Virus record (IMG/VR): IMGVR_UViG_3300011008_000003
From: a virus
Lineage: Duplodnaviria > Heunggongvirae > Uroviricota > Caudoviricetes
Strand: one strand, 5' to 3'
DNA length: 64,000 nt
The translations under genes were made by a program, and so were the position numbers. Positions 20,101 through 29,815 of the stretch are shown piece by piece; positions within the stretch are counted from its first letter, which is position 1; each line of letters starts with the position of its first letter. Under the pieces are notes generated by a model that was given only the letters and a program-made list of their open reading frames with translations, ran no database searches and was not told the origin of the DNA.

Positions 20101-20235
20101 AGATTATCCTTGTTATGTTTTCTGAACTAAATATAGAAAAACTTACAATGTAATTTTAAAGAAGTATTTTTATTTGAATTTTTTAAAAAACCGGAATTCT
20201 TATTCAGAACTCCGGTTTAAATATACTTAATTTTA

Positions 20236-21786
20236 TTAGAAACAGAATGCTAATTCTTTCCAATCTGGAAGATTTGCATACCTGAACATGTAGATATTAT
20301 GGAACAGACGAATAGAAATCAACTTTTCCTTACCTCTAATTCTAGGATCCTTCAGGAATTCGTCAGATTTCATATATTCAAGAACTTCTTTCTTGATTTC
20401 ATCATTCGAAACATCCTTGCCACGGTTATCATAGATGTGCATTGTCGGAAGGATAGATTCGATTTTGAACATAATATCTTCAGCCATGAGCTTAATATCG
20501 ACCGCAAGGTTACGAGTCAAAAGCGGCTGCATAGCGGAATTCTTTTCCAAGTCTTCCTTGAACAAATTGGAAATGAAGATACATGCACCCTGGAACTGGA
20601 AGTAATTCGGAGTACCGACCTTACCCTTATGCTGTGCCGACCAAGCAGCAAGACGTTCTTCGATTTCTTCATGGCTTTCACAACCGAACGTATCAACCAT
20701 GTCAGCACCCTTCGTATTCCAGCTAACTTCCTTAACCGCACCGGAATCGAGAACACCCTTAAGAATATTCAAACCGTCTGCATCCTGAAGAACAGAGTCA
20801 CAGTCATCGAATACGACAATCTTGTTATAATTATCGTAAAGGAACTTATACATTGCGGACGTACTAGACTTACCCTTCATGATAACATAGTCTTTGTTCT
20901 TTGTGCCGTAAGCAGCCAATATCTTATTGACATTGTAAGACTTACCAACACCACCTTGACCAGTAATAAGCAAGCCATTACGCAATCCACGAGCAACCAT
21001 GAGGACATACTTATTAAGCTGTCTAAATACAGGAAGAGGGTCTGCAATAAGCTGTTCGTCAAGTTCAGCCTGATTTTGCTTAATAGTCGGATTTTCTTCT
21101 ACCTGTTCCGGAATTTCGCCAGCGACTTCAATATCTTCATCGTCAAAAGAAGATACACTGAGTTCTTCCGGCGGTTCTGCCTCGTCAGTATCTCGAGCGT
21201 CTTTAGTTCCGAACTTTGCCTTATAACCGACTACTGAATAAACGTCTTCTTCATCAATTACACCGTCAAACCAGTAAAGAATAGAATCGAGGGAATATCC
21301 TTCTTTATACATGAGCATAATCGCCATAGTAATACTATAAGCGACTTCTCCATCCGGCGTCTGGATTTGTTCAGAGTGATAAATAGCTTCTACAGGTGCA
21401 TCAAGTGCCGAGGTTTCGCCTTTAGCAATGGATTCCAAAATCGCTTCAATAGACTTGTCACTCATGGCAAGAATATTAGAACGAGTCTGATTAGACTGGT
21501 TCTTAAATATAACCGTACGGTTCGGATTTTTACCGAACTTAGTCCAGGCAGATACGGAATGAAGCTTGTTCTTCATAAAGTTAATCCTCACGGCAGAAGT
21601 CCCGCCAATATAAAGTCTACCATTCAGCTTACCGAAACCGTTTGTGACATTTTGTGTATCAACAAACTTAAAATCCTTTCCGGACTTCTTGTTCAGTAAT
21701 CTGACAAATCCGTCAGCAAGTCCAGCAGTATCGTTATTTTCACGTGCCGGTGCAGACTCAAGCATAAATTTAGCAAATCCTACCAT
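20236..21786 (-). CDS. P-loop/AAA ATPase with acidic linker, late-expressed
   Basis: GQGGVGKS, VVFDDCD, LK..LDS, IFISN; TATAAATA at 21814-21821. Confidence 0.85.
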   Translation of the reverse strand: MVGFAKFMLESAPARENNDTAGLADGFVRLLNKKSGKDFKFVDTQNVTNGFGKLNGRLYIGGTSAVRINFMKNKLHSVSAWTKFGKNPNRTVIFKNQSNQTRSNILAMSDKSIEAILESIAKGETSALDAPVEAIYHSEQIQTPDGEVAYSITMAIMLMYKEGYSLDSILYWFDGVIDEEDVYSVVGYKAKFGTKDARDTDEAEPPEELSVSSFDDEDIEVAGEIPEQVEENPTIKQNQAELDEQLIADPLPVFRQLNKYVLMVARGLRNGLLITGQGGVGKSYNVNKILAAYGTKNKDYVIMKGKSSTSAMYKFLYDNYNKIVVFDDCDSVLQDADGLNILKGVLDSGAVKEVSWNTKGADMVDTFGCESHEEIEERLAAWSAQHKGKVGTPNYFQFQGACIFISNLFKEDLEKNSAMQPLLTRNLAVDIKLMAEDIMFKIESILPTMHIYDNRGKDVSNDEIKKEVLEYMKSDEFLKDPRIRGKEKLISIRLFHNIYMFRYANLPDWKELAFCF

Positions 21787-21816
21787 ATCTTGTATACCTT
21801 TTTTATCTTACATTAT

Positions 21817-22209
21817 TTATAAGGTTTCCTGCGCCGTTTCGGTTTCCTCATCCAGATTTTCGATTGCTACCTCGTTCCAATAATTCTTTACATACATCTG
21901 CACTTTATTCATGAATGTCGTATACTTTTCGAGATCTTGATAATAAAATTCTTCAGATGCACCTTCATATTCCAGTTTAATATCGCCGTAAAGAAAAGTC
22001 AATTTTTCTTCATTGCTAAATGAAATAAGCTCAGGTACATTACTCAATTCATAATGATCTTTCTTATCGACCATAGAATAACCAGTAATAACTGTTTTAC
22101 TTCCTATTGTCCTAAATTCACTATCTGACGGTAAAAAATAAGAGCAATTTTTCCAAATCGCACGCTTATACATCAAACATGGAACTTCCAGAAGTTTCTT
22201 GTTCTTCAT
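21817..22209 (-). CDS. hypothetical protein with near-terminal tag motif
   Basis: WNEVAIENLD near C-terminus. Confidence 0.65.
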   Translation of the reverse strand: MKNKKLLEVPCLMYKRAIWKNCSYFLPSDSEFRTIGSKTVITGYSMVDKKDHYELSNVPELISFSNEEKLTFLYGDIKLEYEGASEEFYYQDLEKYTTFMNKVQMYVKNYWNEVAIENLDEETETAQETL

Positions 22210-22723
22210 TATAATCTTCCTTTGCTTGCTTAATCTTGTTATATACAAATGCGTAAACCAAACCAGTAGCAAGACCGATTAAATGCCCGCTGTGGCTGAT
22301 ACCGTCATTGTGCATGACTCCGCTAATTTCCTTGAACCCGTAAATAAACAACAGGATAATTCCACAAATAGAAATCCCGCGTCGTTTATCTGTAATAAAA
22401 CAGTTCAACATAAACAGGGCAAATACGAAGCCGGACAAGCCGATTGCCATTACATGTGCTACGTATGTCTGGAAAAGATAATCGACAATTGCCGTCAATA
22501 GAAATGCGCCGATATAGTTCAGCTTTCCGTAAGTCTTTTCTACGGCTGGGCTCAACATCAAGAAAAGCAGCATGTTATTCATAAAATGCTGCATATTGCC
22601 GTGCATGAATACGGCTGTAACGAAATTGTAACCAATATGATCTTTTAAAACCGTACCGATAAAACACAGTACGATTATTAAAACAGAAATGATTTCAGAC
22701 TTAAGTCCGTTAACGATTGCCAT
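22166..22723 (-). CDS. rhomboid intramembrane serine protease
   Basis: FMHG..HF..NM, GLSG, HSGHLIG; multiple TM segments. Confidence 0.9.
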   Translation of the reverse strand: MAIVNGLKSEIISVLIIVLCFIGTVLKDHIGYNFVTAVFMHGNMQHFMNNMLLFLMLSPAVEKTYGKLNYIGAFLLTAIVDYLFQTYVAHVMAIGLSGFVFALFMLNCFITDKRRGISICGIILLFIYGFKEISGVMHNDGISHSGHLIGLATGLVYAFVYNKIKQAKEDYNEEQETSGSSMFDV

Positions 22724-22746
22724 ATATTGTCCTTTGGTTGCTTGTT

Positions 22747-22788
22747 ATATAGACAATATAGCAAAAAGAGCTGAATATGTCAACCCTT
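22747..22788 (-). repeat. 42 bp promoter module, inverted copy at 28170-28211
   Basis: 38/42 identical; TTGACA-17-TATATT. Confidence 0.85.
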
Positions 22789-23123
22789 TACAAATCCTTT
22801 AAAATATGTTTCGCTTCCCAGTTATTGAAAATAACAATCGCTTTTTCCGGATTCTTAATTGCACGTTTCATAACTGACAACGGTATATTATTGAATTGAT
22901 ATGAAAGTAATGTCTTTGTCGCACCGATTCCTATAACTTTACCGTCAACGATTTTACGTAAGTCATAAACGTTCCTAAAGCGATTCATATATACTTGTTC
23001 AAGAGAAAACCGGATATAATATCCGTCTTTACAATATTCGCCCGGAAATGTTCTGCGTTCAGTAGGTTTATAACCTAAACCTTCTACATACTTACGCATC
23101 ATTCTAAAATAATCTTGTTCCAT
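22788..23123 (-). CDS. C-terminal tag family protein
   Basis: Ends WEAKHILKDL. Confidence 0.75.
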   Translation of the reverse strand: MEQDYFRMMRKYVEGLGYKPTERRTFPGEYCKDGYYIRFSLEQVYMNRFRNVYDLRKIVDGKVIGIGATKTLLSYQFNNIPLSVMKRAIKNPEKAIVIFNNWEAKHILKDL

Positions 23124-23124
23124 A

Positions 23125-23571
23125 TTAACCCAACTTATCCAATGCCGCTTCGGTGTATGCCAAATTGATATACGGAGTAACCTTGTCCTTGAATTCTGTC
23201 AAGCTCAAACCGTTACTGTCAATAACGATATTCTTATAATGGAAAGAAAACGCTTCTGTCTTATAAAGGGTGACACGTTCACATGACTCATGAGTATCAG
23301 GAATTGAATATCCCATCATATCGCCATAAATCGGTTCTTCCGTGATTTTCCATCCCATTAGTTCCAAAGTCTTGTAGCCAAGACCATCTGTCCAAATCTC
23401 AAGCGGAACATCAGCGATCAACAAATCAAACTCTTCTGTACGACGATCCGACCGATACTTACGATAAACAAGTCGCGGGACATTGACTAAATCAGCCGGA
23501 CTTGCATATCGCATTCCGATAAACGCTTTCGTAAACGGATTAGTATACAAGCTGGTCTGGGAAGTACTCAT
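23125..23571 (-). CDS. C-terminal tag family protein
   Basis: Ends YTEAALDKLG. Confidence 0.75.
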   Translation of the reverse strand: MSTSQTSLYTNPFTKAFIGMRYASPADLVNVPRLVYRKYRSDRRTEEFDLLIADVPLEIWTDGLGYKTLELMGWKITEEPIYGDMMGYSIPDTHESCERVTLYKTEAFSFHYKNIVIDSNGLSLTEFKDKVTPYINLAYTEAALDKLG

Positions 23572-23773
23572 TCTGCTTCATCTCCACATGGAAATCTGTA
23601 TCGAGGCCGTTTTCCTTGAGAAATTCGATAGCCTGCTTACGCTTGTTCCAAGCCATAGCATCCATGAAATCTTCGGTGGAAATAAAGCCAGGATGGTTTT
23701 CGATGTAATTCCGGAAATAGTAATGGACATAGTTATTAGTCCTATTCGATTCCAGAACATAGAATGTAATCAT
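23540..23773 (-). CDS. hypothetical protein
   Basis: GGAG RBS. Confidence 0.65.
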   Translation of the reverse strand: MITFYVLESNRTNNYVHYYFRNYIENHPGFISTEDFMDAMAWNKRKQAIEFLKENGLDTDFHVEMKQNEYFPDQLVY

Positions 23774-23793
23774 TTCAACTCCGTTTTTATGGT

Positions 23794-24042
23794 TTACTTC
23801 AATCCTAAAATTTTATTTGCTATTCGATTCAATAATGTCATATGTGTATAGTGTACATATGTTAAAGATTCTGTAGCGGACGACCATTTGCTTTCTCCGA
23901 AAATATATACTTCTCGAATATATTTGGAACCGAAAATATTTCGTCCTTCAAATTTAACATGCGTTGGAATTTTATACATATAATTTCCAGGAAGAGCTAT
24001 TTCGCCTTCACGCATCACTTCTTTTTCATAAGACCATAACAT
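23794..24042 (-). CDS. hypothetical protein (tag-like end)
   Basis: Ends IANKILGLK; -10 box 7 nt upstream. Confidence 0.65.
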   Translation of the reverse strand: MLWSYEKEVMREGEIALPGNYMYKIPTHVKFEGRNIFGSKYIREVYIFGESKWSSATESLTYVHYTHMTLLNRIANKILGLK

Positions 24043-24080
24043 ATTATTGAATATAGTAAAAGCGAATAAGTTCGTAAACC

Positions 24081-24422
24081 CTATTCCAAAGAATTTAATG
24101 CATTAATTTCCCAATAATATCGGATATACGGCCAAATAACATTAATAAAATCCGGCAAGTCCATATCTTCATTTGTAATTTTCTTATTCTCAAATACAAA
24201 TTCTATATAATCATAATCGTACAGTGCAAGCGGATTATTATCAACATAGAAATCCCCAGAATATGAACCATATATCATACAATATGTTTCTTGACCATTA
24301 TATGTTATATTAGGTTCTTTCGTACCTGGATAGAAAATCTTAAATCTTCTTTCTGTTATTTGAATACCAACCATACGGTCGTATTTATCGTTTGCTGATA
24401 CTCTTATAAACGGTTTATCCAT
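24081..24422 (-). CDS. C-terminal tag family protein
   Basis: Ends WEINALNSLE. Confidence 0.75.
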   Translation of the reverse strand: MDKPFIRVSANDKYDRMVGIQITERRFKIFYPGTKEPNITYNGQETYCMIYGSYSGDFYVDNNPLALYDYDYIEFVFENKKITNEDMDLPDFINVIWPYIRYYWEINALNSLE

Positions 24423-24424
24423 AA

Positions 24425-24754
24425 CTAGTCCAATGTTTCCAAAGATTTCGATAAAAGATAATTCTCGACATTCATTTCAAGTTTCGTTAAATCCCCGCAC
24501 AGCCATTCGATAACTTTCTTCAGCGGAATATCCCTATACTTATAACTTTCGAAACCTTTATCGCTAGAAATCAAAGATATTCTATAAGATCTTGGCGTAT
24601 TAAAGGCGTCAAGTTCATTATATACGCGGTTCACAAAAACCGCATTATGATACATTTCCACAACGAAATCACCTTTTATGAAATTCCAGTCGCCTTCTTG
24701 TACAAATCCGGCTTTTTCCAACTGAGCCCTATGTAACCTGTCAACGAAGTTCAT
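24425..24754 (-). CDS. C-terminal tag family protein
   Basis: Ends LLSKSLETLD. Confidence 0.75.
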   Translation of the reverse strand: MNFVDRLHRAQLEKAGFVQEGDWNFIKGDFVVEMYHNAVFVNRVYNELDAFNTPRSYRISLISSDKGFESYKYRDIPLKKVIEWLCGDLTKLEMNVENYLLSKSLETLD

Positions 24755-25089
24755 TATTCAAGCTCCCCTAATGACTTTTCAATTTCCATGTTATTAAGCC
24801 GCATGAGAATCTTACTCGAGTCGCCGCAAGCTATACTAATTAACGTATCTACAGGAACTGAATTATACCTGTAAGGCTCCGCCAGATTAGTAGTCGCAAT
24901 CCGTTGCTCATTGCAATCCAAAAATATATTTTCGTTCCAGATAATTACCTTAAATCCGGATTTATCGTTTTTCTCATAGGTAGCCGAATATTTAGCTGTC
25001 TGAGTAAATCCGTGATTTGATATGAAATTTTCAATAAGTCTTTGTTTTGCGTAATCTACCATAGGCTTAACGTTTATCAGGTGGTGCAT
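24754..25089 (-). CDS. C-terminal tag family protein
   Basis: Ends EIEKSLGELE; ATG 6 nt after TATATT. Confidence 0.7.
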   Translation of the reverse strand: MHHLINVKPMVDYAKQRLIENFISNHGFTQTAKYSATYEKNDKSGFKVIIWNENIFLDCNEQRIATTNLAEPYRYNSVPVDTLISIACGDSSKILMRLNNMEIEKSLGELE

Positions 25090-25173
25090 ATCTGTAATAT
25101 AGTAAAACTTAAACATCATGTAAACCCATAAAAACGGGTTGACATATATAATGGCTTTTGCTATATTATAATC

Positions 25174-25488
25174 ATGGTTCAAATACACAACGGAAAAATC
25201 AAGAATTTAAACATTAACCTTAAAACCGCGACTAAGGTCGTAGGAGATGTTTGCGTAGATGAAGATGTACTCGTACTTCGTTTTACTGTACCAAACCCAG
25301 ATTATGTAAGTAAGTCTGGTTTCTGGTCGAATATCGGACCTACTACACATGAAAACGTATATCTTGAACCGCATGATATTATCATAATCGGTGGAAACCG
25401 ATTTGAATGTACAGAAATTTCAGATTACGAAGCTACCCGCCTCGCAAAGAACATTACAACCCTTATCGACCTGGAGAAATTGGCATGA
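25174..25488 (+). CDS. C-terminal tag family protein
   Basis: Ends TLIDLEKLA; TTGACA-17-TATATT upstream. Confidence 0.75.
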   Translation: MVQIHNGKIKNLNINLKTATKVVGDVCVDEDVLVLRFTVPNPDYVSKSGFWSNIGPTTHENVYLEPHDIIIIGGNRFECTEISDYEATRLAKNITTLIDLEKLA

Positions 25489-25781
25489 GTCAAAACGTTA
25501 TGAAATTCAGCGGTGCAAACTGGTATGTGGTCAAGTCCTTTACCAAGATTCTGGGTATTAGCAAAACCAACGGAATCTATCTTGACAATAATGCCAGGGT
25601 TATCGAATCCAATCTATGCTCACTTACAAGAGATACAGCAGACTCTTCAAACGGCTTTACTTTATATTCCGATACCGACTATATTGAATATAACGGTAAG
25701 CGTTATACAAACAAAAATTTAGACAAGCTTAAGATGATCGTAGAAAACGAAAAGAATGAAGAGGCAATAGATGCACTCTGA
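25485..25781 (+). CDS. C-terminal tag family protein
   Basis: YNGKRY...EEAIDAL. Confidence 0.75.
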   Translation: MSQNVMKFSGANWYVVKSFTKILGISKTNGIYLDNNARVIESNLCSLTRDTADSSNGFTLYSDTDYIEYNGKRYTNKNLDKLKMIVENEKNEEAIDAL

Positions 25782-26091
25782 ACATAAACCTACATGCGTC
25801 GTTGTCGGGGGAGCATTCACTATGCATCATCTCGACATAGACCGACTTGATGAATTTACGGTAGATACAAAAAACCAATGTATCAAATTTCCATTCATTG
25901 ATTATAACTGGCATAAAGGTTTTTCAAAAGAAAGTTTTTTCTATATCTACCAAATTGATCAATATTCATTTTATATTAATGACCAATATGTACATTTTTT
26001 CTGTGAAAAAAATTTAGAAAAAGTATATTGGCATATATTCAACGAACTGCACGATAAAGTTGTCAAATATCAGCTTTCCGCATTGGAGTAA
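25771..26091 (+). CDS. C-terminal tag family protein
   Basis: Ends KYQLSALE. Confidence 0.7.
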   Translation: MHSEHKPTCVVVGGAFTMHHLDIDRLDEFTVDTKNQCIKFPFIDYNWHKGFSKESFFYIYQIDQYSFYINDQYVHFFCEKNLEKVYWHIFNELHDKVVKYQLSALE

Positions 26092-26093
26092 CT

Positions 26094-26474
26094 ATGTACG
26101 ACGAATTATATGACAGCCTTTTAGCCGGTAAGTTTTTACGTCCTGTAGGCGAAGAAATAAAGCCTGAATGGCCTGTTATGGCATATACTACAAGTTATGG
26201 CGAAGATGAATTTTTCATAATCAAATCAATCGACGATGCTTCTCACAATGACAGCCTGTATTTAATCGGAATTGATTTTCGTCGCGTAAAAGATGGAAAA
26301 TTCGATTATGATATGAGTGACTATAATGTCCTTGATTATAGATCATGTCGAGGCCTGCATTATCTTGGAAAATATATCCGTTGCCGAGGTAAGTCTATGG
26401 AGGAATTCATTAACGAAATTACTCCGCTGGTCGCAAATTTCAATAACGAAATGGCTATCGAAAAATTGGATTAA
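26094..26474 (+). CDS. C-terminal tag family protein
   Basis: Ends EMAIEKLD. Confidence 0.75.
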   Translation: MYDELYDSLLAGKFLRPVGEEIKPEWPVMAYTTSYGEDEFFIIKSIDDASHNDSLYLIGIDFRRVKDGKFDYDMSDYNVLDYRSCRGLHYLGKYIRCRGKSMEEFINEITPLVANFNNEMAIEKLD

Positions 26475-26475
26475 T

Positions 26476-26823
26476 ATGAAAGTTCATCCTTGTGCAATAT
26501 TCATGAAAGAGCTTATGCCTACAGCTTATAATTCAATATATGAGCTGTGTAAGCATAATCCGATGCGTTGCGTTATTATCAATCAGATTTCGAAAGAAAG
26601 AACCTATATCGACGGGCATTTTGTAGACATAGATTATCATAATGATACTCTCGAAATTAATTATATCTGTGTTGATTTGGTTGCAGGCCTGTGCGGAATT
26701 CCGACTATGGACAGTCATTGTTATGTAATCTATAACGGTAAATCGTATCAAGACATGATGCAATTATACAAAGACTTTAAGAACAACGAACTTTCAAAAG
26801 AAATCGATGAGGCATTAGGATGA
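26476..26823 (+). CDS. C-terminal tag family protein
   Basis: YNGKSY...KEIDEALG. Confidence 0.75.
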   Translation: MKVHPCAIFMKELMPTAYNSIYELCKHNPMRCVIINQISKERTYIDGHFVDIDYHNDTLEINYICVDLVAGLCGIPTMDSHCYVIYNGKSYQDMMQLYKDFKNNELSKEIDEALG

Positions 26824-27188
26824 ATATACAACCGATAGCACTTACAAGAGATTTTTGGTCTTTAAAAACTTTTAAAACCGCTGAATATCATACCTTTGAT
26901 GAGTTTTTACATTTTTTCGATGAAAATCCTATTAAATGTCTGTTCTTAAGCTATACACATACTGGCTGTACAAAAACTTATATACATGGTAATTTTATAG
27001 GTATTGAATACGAAGAAAAAGACGATGAACTTCTAATCTATTATGTTACAGATGAAGAACTTCCGCATGGTATGGTTCAAATGTGTTCAGTAGCCTATAA
27101 CGGTAAAACTTATATAGACCCATTGGAATTATATCATGTTTATCAAAATGATAAACTCGAACAAGAAATCGACGAGGCTTTAGAATGA
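26820..27188 (+). CDS. C-terminal tag family protein
   Basis: YNGKTY...QEIDEALE. Confidence 0.75.
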   Translation: MNIQPIALTRDFWSLKTFKTAEYHTFDEFLHFFDENPIKCLFLSYTHTGCTKTYIHGNFIGIEYEEKDDELLIYYVTDEELPHGMVQMCSVAYNGKTYIDPLELYHVYQNDKLEQEIDEALE

Positions 27189-27502
27189 TTAAGCCATATG
27201 TCGAATGTATAAATGTCTGGACCGGAAAAAACGATATTTTTATATTGTCGCTAAATTCGGCGTCGGTTGACTATATGAAAAAATATCGTAAACTTGTCGG
27301 ATTCTTTAAGACAGACCCGTTGCATGCCGATTTAAAAATGCTTACTCCCTTATTCGGTTCCGTTTTTCATTGCGGAAATATCGTAATAAATTACGATACA
27401 AATAATAACAACTGGACGATTCGAAAAGAAGATGACTTTTGTAATCTAGTCGCGACATACGTAGAACAAGCAAGATTATCAAACGAGATAGATAACCTAT
27501 GA
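27185..27502 (+). CDS. C-terminal tag family protein
   Basis: Ends SNEIDNL. Confidence 0.7.
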   Translation: MIKPYVECINVWTGKNDIFILSLNSASVDYMKKYRKLVGFFKTDPLHADLKMLTPLFGSVFHCGNIVINYDTNNNNWTIRKEDDFCNLVATYVEQARLSNEIDNL

Positions 27503-27864
27503 TGCATGTACTTGTGAAAAAACTTACCAATGAAGATATATTACTAAGAATGAAATTAAATAAATTTTCATTCTGTAATCTTGGTTTTGTATATTTGCCA
27601 TTCTATGCCGGTAGAATCCTTAAAAATTACCAGCCAGCCGTTACATATCATAATGTTTCATTTATCGACCTAGAACAAGATAAACTATATCCGCATATCT
27701 GGAATGTATATTATTATAATCCGGATAAATTTAAAGGCGTTGTAGTCTGGGAAGATAACGTTTCGTATGTTACTTTCAGAGATAAAAAATATATGGATAT
27801 GACGCAATTACATTTTGCCCTTGAAAATTTCAAAATGGAGAGAATGCTCAGTGTGCTCGACTAA
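27499..27864 (+). CDS. C-terminal tag family protein
   Basis: FRDKKY...ERMLSVLD. Confidence 0.75.
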   Translation: MMHVLVKKLTNEDILLRMKLNKFSFCNLGFVYLPFYAGRILKNYQPAVTYHNVSFIDLEQDKLYPHIWNVYYYNPDKFKGVVVWEDNVSYVTFRDKKYMDMTQLHFALENFKMERMLSVLD

Positions 27865-27874
27865 AATTAAATTC

Positions 27875-28171
27875 ATGCAATTCGTCAATGACCCAAATAT
27901 CGAGATCGATAAATATCAGATTATTCATGTAGGCGTCGGCTCTCATGAATATTTCCGGTATACCGACTTGCGTTTTTGCGGTCTGACATATAAAGACGAT
28001 ACATTCTATATTTTCTGGGATTCTCCGCATGACTATTACAGCGATGCGTTTACCTGGGACGATGAGTCATTTATCGTATATCAACACACGATATATACAG
28101 ATTTAAAACAGCTTGCTTTAAAACTCACTAATGACGCAAACGAACGCGATATTGATGAAGCGCTTGGATAA
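27875..28171 (+). CDS. C-terminal tag family protein
   Basis: Ends RDIDEALG; start uncertain (GTG 27851 possible). Confidence 0.7.
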   Translation: MQFVNDPNIEIDKYQIIHVGVGSHEYFRYTDLRFCGLTYKDDTFYIFWDSPHDYYSDAFTWDDESFIVYQHTIYTDLKQLALKLTNDANERDIDEALG

Positions 28172-28209
28172 GGGTTGACACGTTCAGCCCTTTTTGCTAT
28201 ATTGTCAAT

Positions 28210-28575
28210 ATGACTGATGCTGAATTTTTAAAACTGCCGCATATTGCCATATGCGTTTATAATGATTCGGACCATGATTTCTTTTACGATTATTTCCTGC
28301 TATCGCCTGTTGAAGAACCGGTTTTATATGATAAAATTCATAAGTTAAATGTCGTCGGTTCTTATGTAATGGACCGCTCTAATAACCAATGTAAGCTGGA
28401 ATTTCCTGAGCTTAATTATTCTATGAATTTTTACGACTCAGACAGCTTTGAATTCATCGACAAGGATTTTAGAATTAAATTTGACAATCCTCTTAAGTTT
28501 AACGAATTGGCACAGAAGCTTGTCATGCACCTGAAAAATGAAATAACCAAAAAGGCAATTAACGATTTGGAGTAA
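28210..28575 (+). CDS. C-terminal tag family protein
   Basis: Ends KKAINDLE; leaderless. Confidence 0.75.
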   Translation: MTDAEFLKLPHIAICVYNDSDHDFFYDYFLLSPVEEPVLYDKIHKLNVVGSYVMDRSNNQCKLEFPELNYSMNFYDSDSFEFIDKDFRIKFDNPLKFNELAQKLVMHLKNEITKKAINDLE

Positions 28576-28577
28576 AT

Positions 28578-28970
28578 ATGAGTTGTTATCGTCAAATTGA
28601 TTTACGTAAATGCTGTTATTTTAAGTTCACCACATACGAGGATGGAACTCAGTATTTCGTTCTCAGACCCGGTACTTTAGTAGAGCATGAAGGCGACGAA
28701 CACGGAATGTCTGTTTGTGGCGCATTTGGAGTCTATGATAGTTATTCTATAGCATTTACTGTACCTAAAACATTAGATATTTGCCATACATTTTATTATA
28801 GCCAAAAATGGGAATTCCACGACGGTTCGAATTATTTTAAAGTCGAAAATTCTGAAACTTCTCATAATAGTCGTGGTGAAATCTACCATCGATTTATTCA
28901 GAATATCGGCAAAATTAATATGTATCTCGAAAACAAATATATGAAAGAAGCAATTGACGACTTAGCATAA
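28578..28970 (+). CDS. C-terminal tag family protein
   Basis: Ends KEAIDDLA. Confidence 0.75.
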   Translation: MSCYRQIDLRKCCYFKFTTYEDGTQYFVLRPGTLVEHEGDEHGMSVCGAFGVYDSYSIAFTVPKTLDICHTFYYSQKWEFHDGSNYFKVENSETSHNSRGEIYHRFIQNIGKINMYLENKYMKEAIDDLA

Positions 28971-29326
28971 TGACAATACAAGAAAGCCCTATACAGATTC
29001 GTTACTATACTCCCGGTGTCGATTTCGCTCGATACATTATTCCGAATATTCACGATGCTTCAGCTACTCCTTGGTTTACTGACAAGATGATAATCGTAAA
29101 CGGTATATACGGACATGAGAATTTCAACCAGGAAGATTTCTATGACGACAGCAATATAAACATTCGACTGTTGCCGACTTATAAGATTCAAGTCTATTAT
29201 AACGATACATGGTTTGAATATAATCCGTATAAGGATTCGTATGAAAAATTCCAAGACTGCTTCAATTTTATCTTATCCTGCTATGAACATTGCATGACGA
29301 TAAACACTATTGACGAACTGGAATAG
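28970..29326 (+). CDS. C-terminal tag family protein
   Basis: Ends INTIDELE. Confidence 0.75.
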   Translation: MTIQESPIQIRYYTPGVDFARYIIPNIHDASATPWFTDKMIIVNGIYGHENFNQEDFYDDSNINIRLLPTYKIQVYYNDTWFEYNPYKDSYEKFQDCFNFILSCYEHCMTINTIDELE

Positions 29327-29344
29327 TTTTGCTATATTAAAGCC

Positions 29345-29815
29345 ATGAAGATTTCTCACGTTGAAAAAACCTATCATGATATCAAGACTCCTTTCGAAAT
29401 CGCAGAAGGAATAAAGAAAGATCGTTTCAGAAACGACTTCGGATATTATGAAGATACTTCCAAACATACGGTCGACTATATCAAGACGTTATCTCGAATC
29501 GTAGAATCCGCTCTTCTCTGCATACCTATGCCTTTTATCGGTGGAATCCAAAACTGTGATGGTAGTATCGAATTTACCAGAAATTGTATTGTTCCTGGTG
29601 CTCTCGTAGCGTTTATGGAAAACAAGTTTCCTCTTGTCGGCATGAAAGTTTTAACCGACGCAGAAGGTCTTTTCTATAACGACCTTATGGGGATTTATCG
29701 TAACCGTATCGACGACTGCAGGCTCGATATTCATTATGTGTTACGTAACTCCAATTCCGGTATTGTTCAGGATATGTATTTCAACAGCCTTGTCGGGAAT
29801 TTTAGCTGTGATTAG
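29345..29815 (+). CDS. DUF262 (GmrSD/ParB-like) domain fragment
   Basis: SRIVES.LL.IPMP...F.EN.F.L.G...L...G..Y.DL; DGQQR absent. Confidence 0.55.
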   Translation: MKISHVEKTYHDIKTPFEIAEGIKKDRFRNDFGYYEDTSKHTVDYIKTLSRIVESALLCIPMPFIGGIQNCDGSIEFTRNCIVPGALVAFMENKFPLVGMKVLTDAEGLFYNDLMGIYRNRIDDCRLDIHYVLRNSNSGIVQDMYFNSLVGNFSCD

